DNA from: Macrostomum lignano
Lineage: Eukaryota
DNA: 64,000 nucleotides
Direction: 5' to 3'
NCBI GenBank assembly: GCA_002269645.1
Contig: NIVC01001888.1
Span: 1 to 64,000 of the forward strand
In this document: piece after piece, positions 37,900-46,983 of the stretch
Numbering within the stretch: the first letter of the stretch is position 1
Layout of the letters: each line of letters begins with the position of its first letter
Translations under genes and position numbers: made by a program
The notes under the pieces: generated by a model
Seen by the model: the letters and a program-made list of their open reading frames with translations, nothing else
The model's database searches: none
What the model was told of the DNA's origin: nothing

Positions 37900-38417
37900 T
37901 GACATACCTCTATAGATCCTGGCACACCTCTATAGATCCTGACACACCTCTATAGATCCTGGCACACCTCTATAGATCCTGACACACCTCTATAGATCCT
38001 GGCACCTCTCTTCTCTAAGATTCTGACACACCTCTATAGATCCTGGCACCTCTCTTCTCTATAGATTCTGACACATCTCTATAGATCCTGGCACCTCTCT
38101 ATAGATTCTGACACACCTCTATAGATCCTGGCACCTCTCTATAGATCGTGACACACCTCTATAGATCGTGACACACCTCTTTAGATCGTGACACACCTCT
38201 ATAGATCGTGACACAACTCTATAGATCGTGACACACCTCTATAGATCGTGACACACCTCTATAGATCGTGACACACCTCTATAGATCGTGACACACCTCT
38301 ATAGATCGTGACACACCTCTTTAGATCGTGACACACCTCTATAGATCGTGACACACCTCTATAGATCGTGACACACCTCTATAGATCGTGACACACCTCT
38401 ATAGATCGTGACACACA
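37900..38417. repeat. 20-bp minisatellite (ATAGATCGTGACACACCTCT)
   Basis: Direct reading. Confidence 0.92.
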
Positions 38418-38557
38418 TTTACAGATGCTGACGCAAAGAAATGGACGCCATTAGATACCCTGCTTGCTATTTTCAAGCCATAAAAATCAATAAAGCAGTC
38501 TAGAATCATACCACCAATGCATTAATTTTGTAAACCACTCTCAACTCCAAATTTCAG

Positions 38558-40008
38558 TCCACCTCTCCAAGCACTCCATCAACCGAAGCAGGCAGCCCCT
38601 GTATAGGCTCAGCTTCCAGTGCCGCAGTTTCAGCCGGACTGAAATTTAAAACAGAGTTGTGCCGGAACTTCGAAGTGAGTCCTACACAGCTCTGCTGCTC
38701 TTGCTGCTTTATTTTCGTAAAACCGCCATCTGACACCCCACCCACAACCTGCCCCTATCCTCTCTGACACCCCCAAAATCTGCCCCTATCCTCTCTGACA
38801 CCCCCAATCTGCCCCTATCCTCTCTGACACCCCAATCTGCCCCTATCCTCTCTGCCACTCCCACAATCTGCCCCTATCCTCTCTGACACCCCCAAAATCT
38901 GCCCCTATCCTCTCTGACACCCCCAATCTGCCCCTATCCTCTCTGACACCCCCAATCTGCCCCTATCCTCTCTGCCACTCCCACAATCTGCCCCTATCCT
39001 CTCTGCCACTCCCACAATCTGCCCCTATCCTCTCTGACACCCCCAATCTGCCCCTATCCTCTCTAACACCCCACAATCTGCCCCTATCCTCTCTAACACC
39101 CCACAATCTGCCCCTATCCTCTCTGACACCCCACAACCTGCCCCTAATCCTCTCTGACACCCCACAATCTGGCCCTAATCCTCTCTGCCACTCCCACAAT
39201 CTGGCACCTAATCCTCTCTGGCACCCCCACAATCTGGCACCTAATCCTCTCTGGCACCCCCACAATCTGCCCCTAATCCTCTCTGGCACCCCACAATCTG
39301 CCCTAATCCTCTCTGCCACTCCCACAATCTGGCACCTAATCCTCTCTGGCACCCTCACAATCTGGCACCTAATCCTCTCTGGCACCCCCACAATCTGGCA
39401 CCTAATCCTCTCTGGCACCCCCACAATCTGCCCCTAATCCTCTCTGGCACCCCCACAATCTGCCCCTAATCCTCTCTGATGGGGTCCCTTGACAAGTCCC
39501 CATCCGCCCCTGACAAGTCCCAATCCGCCCCTGACAAGTCCCCATCCGCCCCTGACAAGTCCCAATCCGCCCCTGACAAGTCCCCATCCGCCCCTGACAA
39601 GTCACCATCCGCCCCTGACAAGTCCCCATCCGCCCCTGACAAGTCACCATCCGCCCCTGACAAGTCCCCATCCGCCCCTGACAAGTCACCATCCGCCCCT
39701 GACAAGTCACCATCCGCCCCTGACAAGTCACCATCCGCCCCTGGCAAGTCACCATCCGCCCCTGGCAAGTCACCATCCGCCCCTGACAAGTCACCATCCG
39801 CCCCTGACAAGTCACCAGCCGCATCCACCCCGCACTCCCGCAGCTCAGCGGCAGCTGCCCTTTTGCCAACCGGTGCCAATTCGCCCACGGCCCCGAGGAG
39901 CTGCGAGGCCGGCCCGACCGGCACTGGCTGTACAAAACGGAGCCCTGCCGCGCTTTCCATGGCGAAGGACTCTGCCGGTACGGCGGCCGCTGTCATTTTC
40001 TACACTGA
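38558..40008 (+). CDS. Third, diverged TIS11/ZFP36-like tandem CCCH gene (TZF-3); exons 38558-38674 and 39844-40008; first exon(s) not resolved
   Basis: TTTCAG|STSPSTP...GLKFKTELCRNFE|GTGAGT ... CCGCAG|LSGSCPFANRCQFAHGPEELRGRPDRHWLYKTEPCRAFHGEGLCRYGGRCHFLH*. Two C-x8-C-x5-C-x3-H fingers with (F/Y)KTE(L/P) lead-ins. Same intron position as TZF-1/2. Confidence 0.9.
38745..39817. repeat. Two adjacent minisatellites in the TZF-3 intron: ~29-bp (CTGCCCCTATCCTCTCTGACACCCCAAT) then 21-bp (CCATCCGCCCCTGACAAGTCA)
   Basis: Direct reading; switch at ~39480. Confidence 0.9.
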
Positions 40009-40399
40009 TTGACTTATGTGCATAGTTGTATGTATGTTTGTATTTATGTGTATATACGTCCATATGCTTAAAAATACAGACTTTACAGACTTATTTAAAA
40101 AATAATCCAACATATACTCAATTCCCGTTAAATTCTATTTAACTGACTTATTTTCTTGAAAATCAAATTTTCATACTGCGGTGAAGCTGATAAACTAAGA
40201 AGAGAATGCAACAAGGGAGGAAATAGGAGAGGAAATGGCGGGAGGCAACTTAGCGTCGGTTCGATATTCGGTGCCGCTCAGCTTAAGCTATTCGCCTCAC
40301 TTATTGTACTCATGTTTCTCTGTACTCGTGCTTTGAAATCTGTGACAATGAATTCATAGATGGGTGGACCTTTTTTCTAAACCTTTCTGCAAAGTCTCC

Positions 40400-41085
40400 G
40401 TCTCATTCTCCGCTCCTCTCCGATCCCTTCGCCCGCTCTGCCCCTCTCCGCCCCTCTCCGTTCCTCTCCGCCCCTCTCCGTTCCTCTCCGCTCCTCTCCG
40501 CTCCTCTCCGCCCCTCTCAGCCACTCTCCGCCCCTCTCAGCCACTCTCCGCCCCTCTCAGCCACTTTCCGCCCTCTCCGCCCCTCTCCGCCACTCTCCGC
40601 TCCTCTCCGCCCCTCTCCGCCACTCTCCACCCTCTCCGCCCCTCTCAGCCACTCTCCGCCCCTCTCAGCCACTCTCCGCCCCTCTCAGCCACTTTCCGCC
40701 CTCTCCGCTCCTCTCCGCCCCTCTCCGCCACTCTCCGCTCCTCTCCGCCACTCTCCACCCCTCTCCGCCCCTCTCCGCTCCTCTCCGCCCCTCTCCGCCA
40801 CTCTCCACCCCTCTCCGCCCCTCTCAGCCACTCTCCGCCCCTCTCAGCCACTCTCCGCCCCTCTCAGCCACTTTCCGCCCTCTCCGCCCCTCTCCGCCAC
40901 TCTCCGCTCCTCTCCGCCACTCTCCACCCCTCTCCGCCCCTCTCCGCTCCTCTCCGTCCCTCTCCGCCACTCTCCAACCCTCTCCGCCCCTCTCAGCCAC
41001 TCTCAGCCACTCTCCGCCCCTCTCCGCCACTCTCCGCTCCTCTCCGCCCCTCTCCGCCCCTCCCCGTCCTCTCTGCTCCTCTCCA
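40400..41085. repeat. 10-bp (GCCCCTCTCC)-family array in the spacer
   Basis: Direct reading. Confidence 0.9.
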
Positions 41086-41124
41086 GAAAAAATCAGAAGG
41101 GTGGGGACGGGAGAGGAGAGCAGG

Positions 41125-41387
41125 AGAGAGTGACAGGGTGAGAGAGAGTGACAGGGGGAAAGAGAGTGACAGGCCGGGAGAGAGTGACAGGCCGGGAGAG
41201 AGTGACAGGCCGGGAGAGAGTGACAGGGGCCGGGAGAGAGTGACAGGCCGGGAGAGAGTGACAGGCCGGGAGAGAGTGACAGAGGCCGGGAGAGAGTGAC
41301 AGGGGCCGGGAGAGAGTGACAGGCCAGGAGAGAGTGACAGGCTGGGAGAGAGTGACAGGGCGGAAGAGAGTGACAGGCCGGGAGAGA
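41125..41387. repeat. 18-20-bp minisatellite (GGGAGAGAGTGACAGGCC)
   Basis: Direct reading. Confidence 0.88.
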
Positions 41388-42243
41388 GGAAAATCGCGGA
41401 GGTGCGATCAGGAAATGTAAGGTTTTTTTTGGAAGCAGTTCTTGAGGTGCTTTGTGAAGCTGCTGTGTTAAACGACTTATAGTCCTCGGTCGGGGTCAGT
41501 CAGTCAGTCAGTCAGGCTGGGCCTCAAAGCAGGCTTCACAGCAGGGTTTCTCAGTTTTTTATTGTCTGTTTAACAGCAATTATTTATGCTTCCTTGACCT
41601 TATTCGCTGAGGAGCGAAGATTTGCGCTCACCTACGATATGAGCTGGAGACCATACGTACCCTCGTATATCGTTTGAGTCCAACTCGGTTGCTTGCCAAG
41701 CGGTGACCGCGGTGACCCAGCTGTGAGCTGCAGTCAGCAAAGCCGACCAGCCGAAGCGGTGAAGTCCGATCTGCAGCAGCTTGAGACACCTGGGATGCTC
41801 AGGTTGGCTCAGCTCTCCAAGTGTTCGTAACAGCCCAGTTCGAGTTGTGCTGATTCGCCATGGCAACTAGCGGGAATGCAGAGCTCGGGGCCGAGACCAG
41901 GTGGGCCCGGCAGCGGAATGAAAGCAACTGGCTGCCCCCCTCAATTTCACTTTGAGTCCGTCTGCCATCAAAAACTGGAACTTTGGAATTCGAACTCAGG
42001 ACGATCAATATTCTCATCAACTAGAGTTCTAAAGGAACCACATCACAAGCGTGTTCGACAAAGTGATGGATTGCAACTAATTTCATAACTTGTTAATTGA
42101 TTATATATTATACTCGTAATTTTCTAATTAGTGTTTATTTAATAAAATTTTAAAGCAAAGATTACGAGTAGTTACAGAACACAAAACTAGGCATTCCATA
42201 TTTTATGTGGTTAGTTTGTATTACAATTGAGAGTGCAGGGCTG

Positions 42244-42853
42244 TCACTGTCCTGTCAGTTTCCTGCGGCCGCAGCCGTGGCCGGTGCCCAGCGGGCAGTA
42301 TTTCACGGTGTGGGCGCTGCCGCCGGTGGCGCCGCACAGCGGGCAGGTGAAGCGGCTGAGCACCGGGCAGGCGACGCTGCCGTTGCCGTCCTTCAGGGTG
42401 TGGCCGCTGCTGAAGGCCTCCGGCTCGCCGTTCTTGCGGCAGAAGACGCAGAAGACGGGGCGGCGCGGCCGGCTGGCGTTCCTGGCGAGCACCGCGCGCT
42501 GCAGGGCGGCGTTGGGCAGCGGGGCGGCAGCGGGCTGGAACTGGAGCTGGAGCTGCTGCTGGGTCTCGAGCTGGAGCTGCTGCTGGGTCTTGAGCTGGTG
42601 CTGCTGCTGGGTCTCGAGCTGGAGCTGCTGCTGGGTCTCGAGCTAGAGCTGCTGCTGGGTCTCGAGCTGGAGCTGCTGCTGGGTCTCGAGCTTGAGCTGC
42701 TGCTGGGTCTCGAGCTGGAGCTGCTGCTGGGTCTCGAGCTGGAGCTGCTGCTGGGTTTCGAGCTGGAGCTGCTGCTGGGTCTCGAGCTGGAGCTGCTGCT
42801 GGGTGTCAGTCTGCTGCCGCAGGTACTGCAGGTACCGATTCTGCAGCTGCAGA
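42244..42853 (-). pseudogene. nanos: nanos-B: intact zinc-finger segment, but start exon and acceptor deleted and an in-frame TAG in the Q-rich repeat
   Basis: ZF region essentially identical to nanos-A. CAG>TAG at 42645-42643. Junction GCTAAAAA-TC-TGCAGCTG at ~42853 joins the equivalents of 34278 and 35096. Confidence 0.85.
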
Positions 42854-43231
42854 TTTTTAGCATACATTTATAAAATTCCATCTTGAAATGTTTCGATGCC
42901 GAGAACTCAGCTTTACACAGGTGGACTCGACTGGGCATCTCAGACCGACGCGTCTCCAGGCCGTCTCCCAACTCCCATGGCCCCAGCAACCAAACGAGAC
43001 TCGGATTGGGAAGGGGGGTGACGGAGCTGAGAGGCCGCAGGCTGGCTGCAGCTGGAGACGGCTCTCCGTTGCCAAGCGGTTTCCAAGCGGGAATTTGCGG
43101 TTGCCTCTCGGCCAGCCCAGGTGGCTGCGGCTGCTGGAGCGACTCGAGCGATCTGGGAGTTGCCATGCCGGCCTGAGGAGCGAAAGGGAGATTGAGAGAG
43201 AGGAGAGGAGATTGGAGTTGTTGAAAGCGCG

Positions 43232-43960
43232 GTGAGGGGCGGAGAGGGGCGGAGAGAGGCGGAGAGGGCCGGAGAGGAGCGGAGAGGGGCGGAGAGGGGC
43301 GGAGAGGGGCGGAGAGAGGCGGAGAAAGGCGGAGAGGGGCGGAGAGCGGCGGAGAGAGGCGGAGAGGGCCGGAGAGGGGCGGAGAGGGGCGGAGAGCGGC
43401 GGAGAGAGGCGGAGAGGGCCGGAGAGGGGCGGAGAGGGCCGGAGAGGGGCGGAGAGGGGCGGAGAGGGGCGGAGAGGGGCGGAGAGGGGCGGAGAGGGGC
43501 GGAGAGGGGCAGAGAGGGGCAGAGAGGGGCGGTGAGGGGCGGAGAGCGGCGGAGAGAGGCGGAGAGGGCCGGAGAGGGCCGGAGAGGGGCGGAGAGCGGC
43601 GGAGAGAGGCGGAGAGAGGCGGAGAGGGGCGGAGAGGGGCGGAGAGGGGCGGAGAGAGGCGGAGAGGGCCGGAGAGGGGCGGAGAGGGGCGGAGAGGGGC
43701 GGAGAGGGCCGGAGAGAGGCGGAGAGGGCCGGAGAGGGGCGGAGAGCGGCGGAGTGAGGCGGAGAGGAGCGGAGAGAGGCGGAGAGGGCCGGAGATGGGC
43801 GGAGAGGGCCGGAGAGGGGCGGAGAGAGGCGGAGAGGGCCGGAGAGGGGCGGAGAGGGGCGGAGAGGGGCGGAGAGGGCCGGAGAGGGGCGGAGAGCGGC
43901 GGAGAGAGGCGGAGAGGGCCGGAGAGGGGCGGAGAGCGGCGAAGAGGGGCGGAGAGGAGC
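43232..43960. repeat. (GGAGAGGGGC)n array, expanded counterpart of 33500-33900
   Basis: Direct reading. Confidence 0.92.
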
Positions 43961-44840
43961 GGCGAGGTAGAGGTTGAGGTAGAAAGGCGAGGGAAAGCGA
44001 GAGGGCGAGGGAGAGGAGATGAAGAGGTAGAGTCAGAAGGGATTTTCAGTTTCTTGACATTTTGAAGTGAGCTGGCTGCTCTCCAAAGCAGCCGGAGTCT
44101 GTGGGGATCTGCGGTGGGGAGTCCTGGCTGGGGTTGCAGTGGGGAGGATCAGTGCGAGTTCCCCGCACGAAATGCTGGCCGCCCACGCTTTGCCTGCTGC
44201 TTCCCTGCACGGCGTCTCAAAGTCTTGTGGGGATTTCCGAGCCGCCCTTTTTTCCCGGACTCGAATTCGGAAACTGGGGTGGATTGAGGAGTGTCAGAGG
44301 GGCGGATTGAGGAGTGTCAGAGGGGCGGATTGGGGAGTGTCAGAGGGGCGGATTGAAGAGCGTCAGAGGGGCGGGTTGAGGACTGTCAGAGTGACACGAA
44401 GTGTGTCAGAGTGAATTCCCCAAATCCATTTTAGGAAATAGTTTCATAGCTTCGTTTTCATTTGATTCATGGTGTCATCGTGTCATTTCCTTAATTTTGC
44501 TTTCTGCTGCCTTTTCGCAATGCTTTGCCTTTCCTTATGAGAGGGGGTCATCAGACCGGGATGTCTTTTCTCCAGAAAGTTAAGCATTGATTTTCACTCA
44601 GCCACCAGTTTCTATACAAGATTTATTCACCCCAAAGCTTGCTCGATCCCCATTCGCTAAGGTGAGGGAGGGGTTCAAGGGGCCCGGAGGTTCTCCTTGC
44701 TTCTCCCATTGGCTCACGAGGCGTCCCCTCCCCTCAAAGGCGATAAAAGCGGCCTGAGGATCTGTGCGGCTTGAAACTGAAAATCATCCGAACTCACTAC
44801 TCAACTTTTCACCACAGCTTAGCAATTTTGATAGCCAGCC

Positions 44841-46983
44841 ATGAGCAGCTGCAGTTCCAGTTCCGGATTGACCGCCTATGGAGAGCTGCGACTGAGCGAA
44901 GGTACGCAAATTTCTGCTGCACCTGGCTTCTTGATTGACAGCTCATTGAATTTATTGCACATTCAGCACACATTCAGCACACATTCAGCACACATTCAGT
45001 ACGCATTCAGCACACATTCAGTACACATTCAGCACACATTCAGCACACATTCAGAACACATTCAGCACACATTCAGCACACATTCAGAACACATTTAGCA
45101 CACATTCAGCACACATTCAGTACGCATTCAGCACACATTCAGCACACATTCAGCACACATTCAGCACACATTCAGTACGCATTCAGCACACATTCAGTAC
45201 ACATTCAGCACACATTCAGCACACATTCAGAACACATTCAGCACACATTCAGCACACATTCAGCACACATTCAGCACACATTCAGCACACATTCAGAACA
45301 CATTCAGCACACATTCAGCACACATTCAGAACACCTTCAGCACACATTCAGCACGCATTCAGCACACATTCAGCACACATTCAGCACACATTCAGCACAC
45401 ATTCAGCATACATTCAGAATGCATTCAGATTCAGAACATATCTACACACTCAGAACACATCTACAGACATTCAGAACACATTCAGTACGCATTCAGCACA
45501 CATTCAGTACACATTCAGTACACATTCAGTACGCATTCAGCACGCATTCAGCACACATTCAGCACACATTCAGCACACATTCAGAACACATCAAGTCTGT
45601 AGTCACAACACATGTTTACAACATACCCAACACATTAGAACTCAGCCAATAATCCCAAACAATCATCATCCAAATTTCATATTTCAGAGCAAGCCAGTGT
45701 CATCACGGACGAAGACACTTTCTGCCTCATCGACCGGCTGGTCAGCGACCTGCTGCTGGAGGAACAGGAGGGCTCAAGGAGAAGAGACTTGGACACTGAG
45801 AAGTACAAAACAGAAATCTGCCTGAACTACTCTGTGAGTGCGAAGTAGACTGTGCATCTTGGCTTATAGAAATGCATTGGTAAAGCATAGGGTTTAATGG
45901 TCATAGGGTCTGAGATCCACAGATTGATGTGTCATAAGGATTCGTAGTCATGGACTAATGGTCATGGAGGCTGATGGTCACAGGATTGTCATAAAAATTC
46001 GTGGTCGTATGGTGTGATGGACATAGATATTGATCGTCATAGTGGCTTCTGGTTATTGAGATTTATGGTCATAGAAGTGGGTGCTCATCGAGATTGATGC
46101 TCATTGCTCGAGGTTGATGGATTGATGGTCATATGGATGGGTTGCAATACAGTGATGGTTATATAGATGGGTTGCAATACAGTGATGGTCATATAGATGG
46201 GTTGCAATACAGTGATGGTCATATAGATGGGTTGCAATACAGTGATGGTCATATAGATGGGTTGCAGTACAGTGATGGTCATAAAGATGGGTTGCAGTAC
46301 AGTGATGGTCATAAAGATGGGTTGCAATACAGTGATGGTCATATAGATGGGTTGCAATACAGTGATGGTCATATAGATGGGTTGCAATACAGTGATGGTA
46401 TAGCCAGGTATAGGTCATAGATATTAGGTCATGGGCATCATAGGCCAGGTATAGATCATAGATTTTAGGTCATGGGCATCAAAGCCAGGTATAGGTCATA
46501 GATATAAGGTCATGGGCATCATAGACCAGGTATAGGTCATAGATATTAGGTCATGGGCATCATATTCCAGGTATAGGTCATAGATATTAGGTCATGGACA
46601 TCATAGGCCAGGTATAGGTCATGGACGTCATAGGCCAGGTATAGGTCATGATATTATAGGCCATTTGCATCATAGGCCAGGTATAGGTCATAGACATTAG
46701 GTCATGGGCATCATAGGCCAGGTATAGGTCATAGATATTAGGTCATGGGCATCATAGGCCAGGCATAGGTCATAGATAGCCTCAGCCCGGTCATACTCAT
46801 GGCCCACCGAAATCGCCATCGCAGGAGAGCGGCAGCTGTCCTTACGGTCCGAAGTGCCGGTTCGCCCACGGCAAATCCGAGCTGAGGTCGGTGGTTCGAC
46901 ACCCACTGTACCGCACCGTGCCTTGCCTGGCCTTCAGCTCGGGGCACTGCAGGTTCGGCCGCCGATGCGCCTTTCTGCACTGA
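44841..46983 (+). CDS. TIS11/ZFP36-like tandem CCCH zinc-finger protein (TZF-2), 121 aa, intact; exons 44841-44901, 45688-45833, 46825-46983
   Basis: [122 protein letters not shown]-x8-C-x5-C-x3-H, 18-aa linker, C-x7-C-x5-C-x3-H. Exon lengths 61+146+159 = 366. Confidence 0.9.
46137..46400. repeat. 30-bp repeat x9 (GATGGGTTGCAATACAGTGATGGTCATATA) in TZF-2 intron 2
   Basis: Present as a single diverged monomer in arm 1 (~29945-29980). Confidence 0.9.

Noticed and set aside
44940-44960. AATTTATTGCA resembling the end of a flatworm spliced-leader sequence
   Set aside because: Only 11 nt match what I recall; the rest of the leader, the donor and the Sm site are absent, and it lies in a TZF intron.
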